Counted from the first letter of the stretch, positions 8,703 to 17,980 are shown. The stretch is 22,205 nt of DNA from Candidatus Helarchaeota archaeon (GCA_029838215.1 JALGVI010000049.1:1-22205); one strand, 5' to 3'. Notes: generated by a model not told the origin, from the sequence alone. Numbers and translations are program-made.

Positions 8703-9110
8703 CTAAAAGAATTTTTCTGCAAATCTCGAATAATAAATACCCATTAAAAGATGCAGAAACGGTCCGGTCAAGTCTTGAATGATTTCGAGCCGAAGAATGT
8801 CGTTTCTCTTCTTGATTGTCATTTCAACGGTTCCTTCGGAAGATTTAAAGCATGTTTTTCCGGGTTTTCTCAGCACGCGAAAAATGGTATTCTTCGAACT
8901 TAAATCCCGTACTTTATCCTTGAAAAACTGGAATTTATCATCATTTAGAGCAAAGATGTCAGTTTCTCCGAGCTCATACTTCTTGACTTTCACTTGTTTG
9001 TCTTTAAAAACCAACAAGTAACGACTATTGGGCATGATCGTCCTAAATTTCCCAATAGATTCATTATTTTCATGAAAAAAAAGAAAATTGGAAACGGATA
9101 TTAGAGTCAA
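8703..9110 (-). CDS. Hypothetical protein
   Basis: 135-aa ORF, beta-rich with a hydrophobic terminal helix (PFLHLLMGIYY), co-oriented 52 nt downstream of the DUF4139 gene. The start is uncertain (TTG 9110 or ATG 9036). Confidence 0.55.
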   Translation of the reverse strand: MTLISVSNFLFFHENNESIGKFRTIMPNSRYLLVFKDKQVKVKKYELGETDIFALNDDKFQFFKDKVRDLSSKNTIFRVLRKPGKTCFKSSEGTVEMTIKKRNDILRLEIIQDLTGPFLHLLMGIYYSRFAEKFF

Positions 9111-9162
9111 ATTCGTTGAAATTTCTTAACTACCCCTTTATCATGTTTTCGCAAGAGTTTTT

Positions 9163-10824
9163 TCACGGTAGGGGAGGGTCAATTTCGAGGTCTTTCGGAT
9201 ATCGAACCAAATAACGGTATTTTATCTTCATTTCTTCAGATGGCTTTAATTCTAGATCCCATGTAGCAATTCCCAAATCGAATTTCGTTGGCTTGACTGA
9301 AAAATAGTCTTCAACATGTTTCAAGGTCGGTTCTACTTCAATATCAGCAGATTTACTGTGTGGAATGCGATCTATCAAGGTCAATTTTGTTTCTTTCTTG
9401 CGATAATTGTTGATCTTGATTTCATATACATATTCATTTTCTAATTTACCCTTGGTAATGCCTTTTTTGCCGATTTCTCGCTTGGTTAATTTTCTTTCGA
9501 CTTTCATTTCATAAGATAATCGCGTCCCGATCTTGAATTCTTCACTTGGAGATATCACTTTGATGTATGTCTCGCCCACGAAGTCTCCATCGACATAGCA
9601 CTTGACTTTTCCAGGTAAAAGGGTTAAATCACCGTTTTTGATTTTCTCTTGGGCAATTAATTGTTGATCTAGCGAACTCCAATAGAATAGACGGGACGAA
9701 CTTGCCTCGAAATCTTGGAGCAGCACGGGATGTGGATTTCCATCTGCCTTTATCTCCATCTTCTTTGGAATTTTAAAATTTTGAACGCCAAAAGAACTTT
9801 CAGATATGGAGGCGGTTTCGATAGCCATTTCAACAGCAGCGGGTTCGGCAGGGGGACTTTTAGCCATGTAATCGCGGTCCATTGCTAATTCTTCTTCATA
9901 TTCAGCAAATTCCATTTTGTCTTTCGCCTTTCTTTTCTTCATTAAAGAAACACTCTTTGCACGTATCATCGGTGGTTGAGGTGGCGGAGCATAGACGCGT
10001 TCGGAAATATACCACGGATATGGCTCGGTAATGGAAACAGGTTTGAAAGTAGCCGTGGATATTTCCAAGTTCACGTCATTCCAATCTTCAAGAGTCCTGT
10101 TGACGACATTCGCCATGTATCCGATTCGTGTTTCTTCTTCGGTTATCTGCACGTCATAGAATGGAGTCCACGATGCGTTCTTTATTTGGTAAGAAACTTG
10201 TAATTCAAAAACACCGGCACCACTTGATTCAATTGTCACGATAACGGAATAATTTTCTTCAACCCTTCGTTGCTCATCCCCTAACTTGCGAAGTTCTTGG
10301 TTCACTTTTTCAATGTCGATTACATTCTTTTCTAACTTGTCATCGATGTCATGAATGGTGGCTTGAAGTTCCGTGATTTTTTCTTCGCTCAAAGCATGAA
10401 GATCTTTCAAATTTTGGATGGAAGACTCCCCTGCAGCAAAAAACTTGGGAAATTCAGCATTGAAATTGTTGGTGATTTGATTATAATCTTCAATTCTTTT
10501 CTTATGACGATTTTTTTCCGATATAAGTTTTTTCCGTGCTTTTTGAAGATTTTTCATCGTTTCGCGTAATTCATCCAGTTTTTCATGTCCAGTTTTTTCA
10601 ACATAATTGTAATTAACTTCCACGTCTACCAACGTGGCGTTAAAACCTTTTCCAGATCCCTTTACGCGGACACTATCTTTATCAAGAAATTTTGAGATTT
10701 TTTCGACTTTAATCTCATTAAGTCCTTTTTCTAAATTGATTTCACCTGAACGCGTGACACGAGCACCGTCCAGAAAAACGGTAACGTCAGCGATGTCCGT
10801 TTCTACAACTTTGTTTTCGCTCAT
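9163..10824 (-). CDS. DUF4140/DUF4139 domain protein (MuiA-like, TIGR02231-type conserved hypothetical)
   Basis: N-term IADVTVFLDGARVTR...LDKDSVRV, long coiled coil, VSYQIKNASWTPFYD, VVNRTLEDWNDVNLEIST, LLPGKVKCYVDGDFVGET, C-term YEIKINNY...LIDRIPHS...WDLELKP. ATG at 10824 preferred over 10899. Confidence 0.85.
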   Translation of the reverse strand: MSENKVVETDIADVTVFLDGARVTRSGEINLEKGLNEIKVEKISKFLDKDSVRVKGSGKGFNATLVDVEVNYNYVEKTGHEKLDELRETMKNLQKARKKLISEKNRHKKRIEDYNQITNNFNAEFPKFFAAGESSIQNLKDLHALSEEKITELQATIHDIDDKLEKNVIDIEKVNQELRKLGDEQRRVEENYSVIVTIESSGAGVFELQVSYQIKNASWTPFYDVQITEEETRIGYMANVVNRTLEDWNDVNLEISTATFKPVSITEPYPWYISERVYAPPPQPPMIRAKSVSLMKKRKAKDKMEFAEYEEELAMDRDYMAKSPPAEPAAVEMAIETASISESSFGVQNFKIPKKMEIKADGNPHPVLLQDFEASSSRLFYWSSLDQQLIAQEKIKNGDLTLLPGKVKCYVDGDFVGETYIKVISPSEEFKIGTRLSYEMKVERKLTKREIGKKGITKGKLENEYVYEIKINNYRKKETKLTLIDRIPHSKSADIEVEPTLKHVEDYFSVKPTKFDLGIATWDLELKPSEEMKIKYRYLVRYPKDLEIDPPLP

Positions 10825-10958
10825 TTTTTCCACATCATAATTTTTAATTTTATAGAACTGAAAACCGGCTCGTTCCTCTTTACAATAAAAAGAAATCATT
10901 CCTATTCGTTTTTAATCTTCAGATGGAAGTTATACAAGTAATAATCAAATAAAAATTT

Positions 10959-12809
10959 TTAGATTAAAGCAGGGGGGTTTTTGAGATCAAGCTTCTCTTT
11001 AATGGAATATTTTGGAACGATACGCACCGTTTTAAATAAGCCAGAAATGTTTTTACCTTCGGTTATAAACTTGAAATCAATTTTATTTTTATCTGTTGTT
11101 AGAAATTTGGTGATTTCCACGCGATCTGATTCCCAGCAGACCGACTGGACGGGCTTGTCGTTTACAGAGATTTCCATGGCAGAAGTTAATCCATTGAAAT
11201 CTAAAAAGAAGCGATAATGATCATTTGAAAGTGGAATTTCAATTGAATTTGATGCGATATAGATGTGATTATTTAATTTCTTTGTTTTTTTTCGGGATTT
11301 GCTTAATTTTTGAGATGAAGGTCGGATTAACCATTTATTTAAAAAATCTAACGGTTGAATCATTTCATTTTTCTTAAAGTGATAATATTTTTCATTTATT
11401 CCGATAAAGACATCGGGCATTGATGAATATCCAATGAGATCTCCTGTTTTCGAGTTAAAATCTTCAACGATCATGTTGGTTTTCGTGATGTGAAGTGAAG
11501 GCACCTCTGGAATGAGTTGTATCATGCGAAATTCGTGAGGCAAGAACTCCATTGAAAAAGAAGTCTTTCCACTCAATTCTGAAAAAACCTTGAATTGTTG
11601 AATGAGCCCATCTTGAACTCCCCAATTGAGAAGATTGCCAACGCCATCCAAATTGACTTTAATGTCATTAGTTTTATTCGTCCCATTTATTAAAATGACG
11701 AATGTAGATGACCCTAATGAGAAAATATAATTTTTAAAATGTCGCTTGATGCGAACGAGCTCATTAATTTTTATTGCGGGATCGTGAAATCGATTTAATA
11801 AATCTTCAATGTAAATCTCGGCTTTGACTTCAGAAGATATTTCATATGGAACAAAGAAGAACAGCTTGTCTTGCGTGTCAAAATGAGCACTGGGGCTTCT
11901 GTAACGATAGAATAAGTCTCCGAAAAATTCGTGCCTCATTTTTGCGATGTACCTTCGTTGCATCCTTCGTCCTCGCTTGAGCGGAAAAACCGCAAACACG
12001 AAAATGCCATTTTCGGTTATTGTTTTCAAAACATTTAGCAATTCTTCGGATTGCTTGAAATGCGATAATAGGATGAGAGCATCGAGTTTTTGACCGTTAT
12101 ATAGCAACCCAGATTCATCGAACTTCGGGGTCGATTTCAACAAATCGGCTTCGGGGATGAATTCATGATCGAATTGCAAATGAAATAATGTTCTCGAAAC
12201 GGTCAATACTTCCGAAGTGATATCCCGAATTTTGGTTTTGGGATCAATTTCAGATCTCTTGACAATGTCAGGAACAACAAATCCAATCCGTTTCATTCTT
12301 TTTGGTTGCAAGGAAAAAAATAAACCCAATCTCGAAAACAATTCAGTGAATCGAGGATATTGCCGAGTGCTTGACAATTGTTCGAATACAGAAAGATCGA
12401 TACAATAGTCTTTTAAAGTGAGAAAAGTGCCAAACGCCTTATCATCAAATTCCAACTTCGAGTTCATGAAATACTCGGAAAGTGCCACAAAATCGGTCAT
12501 TAAAATGTAAGGATAAGAATTTTTGGAATTTTTGGTTGCAAGCCATGTCAGCTTTTCAAGGAGAGCGGCCGCGTCTTTGGTTTTTGAAAGTGGAATGTCA
12601 TGCACGAATATTGGTGCGGGTTTCGCCCCTTTTTTTAAGGAGGAATATTTAGATTTCAGGGTCTTTAGCGGTTGAGAAAAATCCAAGAATCGCGGTTTCA
12701 ACTCGGAAGAAAACTCTGAAATATTCACGAACTCTTGTCGAAGCTTGTCTAATTCTGTTTGCGATATTTTTCTCACCAAAACAGATATTTTAATTTTTAT
12801 ACATAACAA
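10959..12809 (-). CDS. Hypothetical protein resembling the non-catalytic C-terminal two-thirds of GH106/GH2-type glycoside hydrolases
   Basis: Middle segment LFHLQFDHEFIPEADLL...LLYNGQKLDALIL resembles the GATase-like domain. C-terminal FLDFNGLTSAMEISVNDKPV...W...VEITKFL...N...SGLFKTVRI resembles the galactose-binding jelly-roll. Recognised by pattern only; start codon uncertain. Confidence 0.6.
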   Translation of the reverse strand: MLCIKIKISVLVRKISQTELDKLRQEFVNISEFSSELKPRFLDFSQPLKTLKSKYSSLKKGAKPAPIFVHDIPLSKTKDAAALLEKLTWLATKNSKNSYPYILMTDFVALSEYFMNSKLEFDDKAFGTFLTLKDYCIDLSVFEQLSSTRQYPRFTELFSRLGLFFSLQPKRMKRIGFVVPDIVKRSEIDPKTKIRDITSEVLTVSRTLFHLQFDHEFIPEADLLKSTPKFDESGLLYNGQKLDALILLSHFKQSEELLNVLKTITENGIFVFAVFPLKRGRRMQRRYIAKMRHEFFGDLFYRYRSPSAHFDTQDKLFFFVPYEISSEVKAEIYIEDLLNRFHDPAIKINELVRIKRHFKNYIFSLGSSTFVILINGTNKTNDIKVNLDGVGNLLNWGVQDGLIQQFKVFSELSGKTSFSMEFLPHEFRMIQLIPEVPSLHITKTNMIVEDFNSKTGDLIGYSSMPDVFIGINEKYYHFKKNEMIQPLDFLNKWLIRPSSQKLSKSRKKTKKLNNHIYIASNSIEIPLSNDHYRFFLDFNGLTSAMEISVNDKPVQSVCWESDRVEITKFLTTDKNKIDFKFITEGKNISGLFKTVRIVPKYSIKEKLDLKNPPALI

Positions 12810-12873
12810 AGGAATTTAAACGATTTTGAATATCCAATTTCATCCTAAAACATAAAAAATCGGAGAAATCAGC

Positions 12874-13302
12874 GTGAAGTTTGCCATTCGTTCCTTTAAA
12901 ATGGAAGAGTTAGATGAGATCCTGCGAGTATATGAATCAGGCTTCAGAGAAATTACACGGAATCTCAAAAAAGATGTCGAGAATTTTAGGAATGAGTTGT
13001 CACAAGCAATATCATCAGATTTGCCCGGAAATCTTTTGGTTGCCGTTTCGGGTGATAAGATCATCGGATTCGCAAGTTACGTGAAAAAAGATCATTGGCA
13101 TTTTGGCCCGATTGCCGTGCATCCAAGCAAGCAACGGCAAGACGTGGGGAAATCTTTGCTTGAAGAATGCATTCGTCGAATGAAATCTGAAGGAGGAGGG
13201 AGAGTGACTTTGATAGTACAAAAGAAAAATAAAGAAGCTCTGTCATTATATGAAAAAATGGGCTTTCGCATCACGAGTCATGTGATGGAAAGAGAGCTAT
13301 AG
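12874..13302 (+). CDS. GNAT family N-acetyltransferase
   Basis: IIGFAS strand, IAVHPSKQRQDVGKSLL (motif A, with Asp at the first Gly position), VTLIVQKKNKEALSLYEKMGF (motif B). Confidence 0.88.
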   Translation: MKFAIRSFKMEELDEILRVYESGFREITRNLKKDVENFRNELSQAISSDLPGNLLVAVSGDKIIGFASYVKKDHWHFGPIAVHPSKQRQDVGKSLLEECIRRMKSEGGGRVTLIVQKKNKEALSLYEKMGFRITSHVMEREL

Positions 13303-13314
13303 GGAGTTTCTTGC

Positions 13315-14220
13315 TTACAGGTGCTTATTTAACCATGAAATTATTTGAGAAAGCAGCTCCGTTTCTTTTTTCGTAAAAACGTGACCGCCTTTTTCAAATA
13401 AGATGTACTGATCTGGAGTGAGGTTGAAGAGCCGAACGTTTGCATGAAATTGTTGAACTCGCACGATGGTATCATCCTTGCAATGAGCGAGAAATACTTT
13501 TGCATTGACGGATTTTCCTTTTAATTGCCTCGCAGGAGAAATTAAATCATTTTCTGAATCCGTAAAATTCGCTCCTTTATATAAATGAAGGAGATGCTTG
13601 TAAACCCACCGCCATGCAGAATGCATCATCTTGATTCCTTGTTGAATGTCATTCATTGCAGCCGTGGCAATAACGACCTTGACTAAAGGATGTGTTGTTG
13701 CCCTGGCTAAAGCGAGCGTCCCTCCCATGGATTGCCCGATCACGGCAATGCGGTTTGCATCAACGTCATGTAATTGCTCTAAATATTTTATAACTTCATC
13801 AAGATCTGAATAAATATGCTTGAACTTGTCGGGATCTTTAAGATTCGGACCGCCCTTGATGCGAGATGAGCCGTGTGCATATTGATCATAACCGAAGACC
13901 AAATATCCCTGCAAGCATAAAGCATTGATTAAATATGCGAAATCTCGCCGTGCCTCGTTTACGTACCCGTGTAACAAAAGTACCGTTGGTGCGGGTTTCT
14001 CCAAATCCTTCAGATTGTAGCGATATGCCGCTAGTTTTTGGTCTCGAGAATGAATCGGAATGAAAAATTTGGATTCTTCGATTTTTTCAGGGATGGGAGC
14101 AAATTTAAATCGTGATGCCTGCGAAAAGAATCGCACGATATAGCCCGTGATGACGACAATAGTAATGAAAAGGATCAGATATGACAAGGAATGACCAAGG
14201 ACAAAGGCAAGATTTGACAT
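13315..14220 (-). CDS. Alpha/beta hydrolase with N-terminal membrane anchor
   Basis: Hydrophobic N-terminus (LSYLILFITIVVITGYIV), LLHGY oxyanion motif, YDQYAHGSS, nucleophile GQSMGG, HCKDDTIV (Asp), GGHVF (His). ATG at 14220 follows GGTGG. Confidence 0.87.
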   Translation of the reverse strand: MSNLAFVLGHSLSYLILFITIVVITGYIVRFFSQASRFKFAPIPEKIEESKFFIPIHSRDQKLAAYRYNLKDLEKPAPTVLLLHGYVNEARRDFAYLINALCLQGYLVFGYDQYAHGSSRIKGGPNLKDPDKFKHIYSDLDEVIKYLEQLHDVDANRIAVIGQSMGGTLALARATTHPLVKVVIATAAMNDIQQGIKMMHSAWRWVYKHLLHLYKGANFTDSENDLISPARQLKGKSVNAKVFLAHCKDDTIVRVQQFHANVRLFNLTPDQYILFEKGGHVFTKKETELLSQIISWLNKHL

Positions 14221-14399
14221 GAAACCACCAAAATTTAATTCGCAATACATTTGAAAAATACGAGTTAAAGAATATTACTCCGTCAAAAAACCTTAAAAGT
14301 CAGTACAGGAATACTTAAAACAAGTTAATAACATCATGATTTTCACTACTGCTTCCGTGTTTTTATTCTCGACTTGCGAATGAGAGAGTTTGGACAATT

Positions 14400-16379
14400 T
14401 TGGAAAAAGAATTACATAAAAAGGTCATTGAAAGCCTGAATGATATTGAAGGAAAGGTCGCAAGACAGAAAGCATTACAATTTATAAGAGATAAACAAGA
14501 GGTGCTCAAGGACAACTCGGATTTAATGCATCTTAAATTTACGTTGAAAAGCCTTGAGAAGAAAAATCTTTTTAATTGGAAGAAATTAATTGCTAGTTCT
14601 GTAAATAACTTGAAGGCTAATGGTTGCTACGTATATTTTGCTCAAGATGGAAAAAAAGCCTTTAATTACTTGAAAAAGATTATTCCCGGAAATCTGGTCG
14701 TCAAATCCAAGACAAACACGGGGAAAGAAATTAACCTCGTCAAGAATTTAGAAAGAATGGGATTTGAAGTAATAGAAACGGATTTAGGGGATCGCATCGT
14801 CCAGTTGGATGGTTCTGAGCCATCTCACCCTCTCGTGCCTGCGCTCCACATCCCTAGATCCAGAATAATAACGTTATTTGACACCGAAGGAAAATCTTCG
14901 GAAGATTTGACTGCAAGAGAAATCGTGGATTTGGCAAGAGAGCAGATTCGATCGAAGATACTGGAATCAGAAGTTGGAATCACAGGTGCCAATGCGCTCA
15001 CGGCAGATGAGGGTCTAATCTGCTTGATCGAAAATGAAGGAAACCAACGGCTCATCACCAGCTTACCGAAAAAACACGTCGTGATCACGGGCATTGACAA
15101 GATCGTGGAAAATATTTCGGAAGCCACGCTAATTGCAAAGGTTGCAGCGTTGTTTGGTTTGGGCGAAAAAACCGCGGGATACATATCATTCCTGAAAGGT
15201 CCATCTCGAACGGGTGACTTAGGATTTGAAATTATTGAAGGAATGCACGGTCCAGAAGAGGTTCACGTTATCATATTGGACAATAAAAGATCAGACATTC
15301 TTGAATCATCATACAGTGAAATTCTATTTTGCATAAGTTGCGGAGGTTGCGTGAACTATTGCCCAGTATACGAGCAAGTGGGAGGAATTTTTGGTTCGGG
15401 AGGAGGCGGTCGTGGAGCAGTCTTTATTGGTCTAACCAGAGGACTTCGGGATGGATACTTGGCAGGTCTTGATTTATGTACGGAATGCGGGGAATGCGTT
15501 CAATCATGCCCAACGTCAATTGATGTCCCAAACTTGATAATAAAAATGAGAAAAGAAGCACGAGAAAAGAAATTGACAATAAAACACCATGATGATATCA
15601 GAAATCAAATTATTAATGAAGGAAATCCTTTTGATAAAAAGGATCTTCGCTCTCAATGGTTCAAAAAGCAGAAAATCCACGTCGATCAAGACGCAAAACG
15701 ATTATTTTATGTTGGTTGCATGGCTTCATACAAGATCCCTGACCAAGCAATCCACGCAATGAAGCTAATGAACAAGTTGAACATCAGCTTCAATTACCTG
15801 TTTAATGAAGAGCCGTGCTGCGGAGGAATATTAAAGAGAACGGGTTACGTGCCCGAATTTGAAAATCAAAAAGCAAAAGTAAGGGATATTCTCAAGCAAT
15901 ATTCTGAAATAATTGTTATTTGTCCCGGGTGTTATAGCACCTTTCACTCATTTTACAATGATTTCTTTGAAATAAAAGGAATCCGAGTCAAGCATCTTAC
16001 CGAAATCTTACCACAATACATACAGCACTTTGAACACGGAAAAGAAACTCTAACCTATCACGACCCTTGCCACTTGGGAAGACACGGCAGGGTTTATGAT
16101 AGCCCACGACAGGTCTTGAATAAGGTCGGAAATCTTGTTGAAATGAGATTTAATAAGGAGCGTTCCTATTGCTGTGGAGCAGGCGGAGGTTGCGTGTCCG
16201 CATTTCCAGAAGTAACCAAGCAAATTTGTAAAACGCGTCTCAGCCAAGCACACGAAACAAATGCAAATTATTTGATCAATACATGTCCATTTTGTGAGTA
16301 TAATTTCAAAGAAACAAACTCAAGCAGGATAAAAATAACTTCACTTCAAAAATACCTGTCTACAAAATGCCTGAAATGA
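14400..16379 (+). CDS. LutB-like LUD/4Fe-4S protein fused to two CCG (LutA/GlcF/HdrD-like) domains; putative Fe-S lactate-type dehydrogenase
   Basis: VVKSKTNTGKEI, ETDLGDRIVQL, PSHPLVPALH, GITGAN, ENEGN, GIDKIV, GPSRTGD, HGPEEVHVIILDN. Fe-S motifs CISCGGCVNYCPVY and CTECGECVQSCP. CCG motifs GCMAS...CCGG...CPGC and YHDPCHLGR...CCGAGG...CPFC. Confidence 0.88.
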   Translation: MEKELHKKVIESLNDIEGKVARQKALQFIRDKQEVLKDNSDLMHLKFTLKSLEKKNLFNWKKLIASSVNNLKANGCYVYFAQDGKKAFNYLKKIIPGNLVVKSKTNTGKEINLVKNLERMGFEVIETDLGDRIVQLDGSEPSHPLVPALHIPRSRIITLFDTEGKSSEDLTAREIVDLAREQIRSKILESEVGITGANALTADEGLICLIENEGNQRLITSLPKKHVVITGIDKIVENISEATLIAKVAALFGLGEKTAGYISFLKGPSRTGDLGFEIIEGMHGPEEVHVIILDNKRSDILESSYSEILFCISCGGCVNYCPVYEQVGGIFGSGGGGRGAVFIGLTRGLRDGYLAGLDLCTECGECVQSCPTSIDVPNLIIKMRKEAREKKLTIKHHDDIRNQIINEGNPFDKKDLRSQWFKKQKIHVDQDAKRLFYVGCMASYKIPDQAIHAMKLMNKLNISFNYLFNEEPCCGGILKRTGYVPEFENQKAKVRDILKQYSEIIVICPGCYSTFHSFYNDFFEIKGIRVKHLTEILPQYIQHFEHGKETLTYHDPCHLGRHGRVYDSPRQVLNKVGNLVEMRFNKERSYCCGAGGGCVSAFPEVTKQICKTRLSQAHETNANYLINTCPFCEYNFKETNSSRIKITSLQKYLSTKCLK

Positions 16380-16404
16380 TGATTTGGGACTTAAACCTTG
16401 ATAA

Positions 16405-16428
16405 GAAAAATGAAAAAATAAAAAAATT
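16405..16428 (-). terminator. Putative oligo(T) terminator of the GTPase-longin operon
   Basis: Plus strand A-tracts (aaaaatgaaaaaataaaaaaa) directly follow the 16429 stop codon, giving T-runs on the coding strand. Confidence 0.4.
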
Positions 16429-17373
16429 CTATTCAGGGTCTTTGACTTCTCTTTTAACCAGGCCCTTCAGTGCTTCATTGGCATCAGCAGTTGCTTTCAT
16501 GTAGAGCATCAGGGCCTTGACTTTTGCCAAATATTCCTTTTTCTTGATTTCATAATAATCTCGGGTCGTATCAAATTTCGTGAGCTCCGTTGCCACCTGC
16601 GCAGCACGCTCAAAATGCATTGCTGTTTCGTTGATCAAGTTTTTCTTCAGTGCTTTTATTGCTTTTTCTTCCAGTGCCATTACTTCATCCTGCATTTTCG
16701 GTATCTTGCGAAACATCTGTGATTTATTTGAGAATTTGGCAAAAAATTCTTCTTCCTTGATCTCTTTAAATAACTCCGCGGCTCTCTGATAATATTCTGC
16801 CGCTTTCGAGTGGTCTTTAGTTTTTAATGCATTCTCTGCCTGTTTCAGGGATTCCGCCAGTTTAAAAGGCACTTCATCGGCTTTCTTGAGGAGAGATTGT
16901 GCCTCTTCAAATTTTTTCATGTCCAAGAGTGTTTTTGCACGTTCACTAATCTGGTCGCGAATCTGTGAAGCAGAAAAGGTGAGACCTGAATCAGAAATGA
17001 TTTCCGTTTCATAAATATCTTTGATCAATTCAATCAATTTGGGATTGTCTATGCTATCCTTGATTTGCGGTTCTAATTTCCGTAAAATGTAGAAGAAATC
17101 ACTTGCCGCCTCGGTCACGTTTAACAATAAAAGAAGAATGATCCGCCTGACGGTGTTCTTTTGCTTGAACTGGAAATAATAAGAACTGACATTCGCATCT
17201 TCAACCTGAATTGAAATTTCACCTTCAGGAGGTTCCTTTGCAGTATGCATCATGAATGCTTGCATTGGCAAATCAGAACTGATTTCCAACGTTTCGGGAT
17301 ATTTTAATTTGATCACGGGACCAGTCATCTTGTCCCAATCTATAATAACCATTCCACGTGGCATGTTACTCAC
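16429..17373 (-). CDS. uDENN/longin-like N-terminal domain plus alpha-helical (TPR/MIT/SNAP-like) repeats
   Basis: The N-terminal GMVIIDWDKMTGPVIKLKYP matches the 'hydrophobic-F/W-D-x3-G-P-x5-P' start of uDENN/NPRL2-type longins. The C-terminal half has three A-x3-L...A-x3-Y/F-x2-AA helical units. The GTG start overlaps the GTPase stop (GTGA). Confidence 0.7.
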   Translation of the reverse strand: MSNMPRGMVIIDWDKMTGPVIKLKYPETLEISSDLPMQAFMMHTAKEPPEGEISIQVEDANVSSYYFQFKQKNTVRRIILLLLLNVTEAASDFFYILRKLEPQIKDSIDNPKLIELIKDIYETEIISDSGLTFSASQIRDQISERAKTLLDMKKFEEAQSLLKKADEVPFKLAESLKQAENALKTKDHSKAAEYYQRAAELFKEIKEEEFFAKFSNKSQMFRKIPKMQDEVMALEEKAIKALKKNLINETAMHFERAAQVATELTKFDTTRDYYEIKKKEYLAKVKALMLYMKATADANEALKGLVKREVKDPE

Positions 17374-17912
17374 TTTTTCTTAATTTTTTCAAGAATTTTC
17401 TGAACGATTGTCTGGAACATCAAGTCGACATTCTGTCCGGTCTTTGCAGAAGTCTCCACATAATCCAAGCTCATTTTTTTAGCGTACTTTTCGGCTTCTT
17501 CTTTAGTAACTTCAAGATTGGATTCAAGATCCACTTTATTTCCCACTAAAAGACCGATCTTGACCTTGGATTTATTCATTTTCTGATAATCTTTATTCCA
17601 CGTTAAAGAGTTTACAAGAGTCTGTTTATTCGTGGTGTCGAATACCAAGATATATCCAAAAGCACCTTCATAGAAGATCTTGCGGAATGCTGCAAATTTA
17701 GATTGTCCAGCAATGTCCCAAATGTTTAACTTGATATTTTTATCGCTAAGAGATACAAATTTTTGCGAAACTTGGCAACCTACAGTAGGAATATAGAGCT
17801 GTTCGAACCTCTGCTCGGTATATCTCAGCATTAACGTGGTTTTGCCCACGCTCGGATCGCCAATCACGCATATCTTCCAAGTATAATTCGTCTTTTGTTC
17901 CACGATGATCAC
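17370..17912 (-). CDS. Rab-like small GTPase (Ras superfamily)
   Basis: G1 GDPSVGKTT, G2 YIPTVG, G3 WDIAGQ, G4 NKVD, G5 ETSAK. RabF-like KLNIW, FYEGA, LVFDTT. No C-terminal Cys. Confidence 0.93.
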   Translation of the reverse strand: MIIVEQKTNYTWKICVIGDPSVGKTTLMLRYTEQRFEQLYIPTVGCQVSQKFVSLSDKNIKLNIWDIAGQSKFAAFRKIFYEGAFGYILVFDTTNKQTLVNSLTWNKDYQKMNKSKVKIGLLVGNKVDLESNLEVTKEEAEKYAKKMSLDYVETSAKTGQNVDLMFQTIVQKILEKIKKK

Positions 17913-17956
17913 TCTTTTTCATGCTTAATCTTGTAAAAAATCAGGGTTTTACTCAC

Positions 17957-17980
17957 TATAAATAGAATTTCTATTATAAA
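17957..17980. promoter_or_regulatory. Palindrome AATAGAA-T-TTCTATT flanked by TATA-like boxes upstream of the Rab-like GTPase
   Basis: Perfect 7-bp inverted repeat at 17961-17975. TTTATA-type elements on the minus strand lie at both flanks, about 45-70 nt upstream of the GTPase start. Confidence 0.35.

Noticed and set aside
17734-17922. Alternative-frame ATG just upstream of the GTPase (MKKSDHRG...), open for about 59 codons
   Set aside because: It lies almost entirely inside the GTPase gene in another frame and has no motif. The AAGAGTGAT there is better read as the GTPase RBS or start region.
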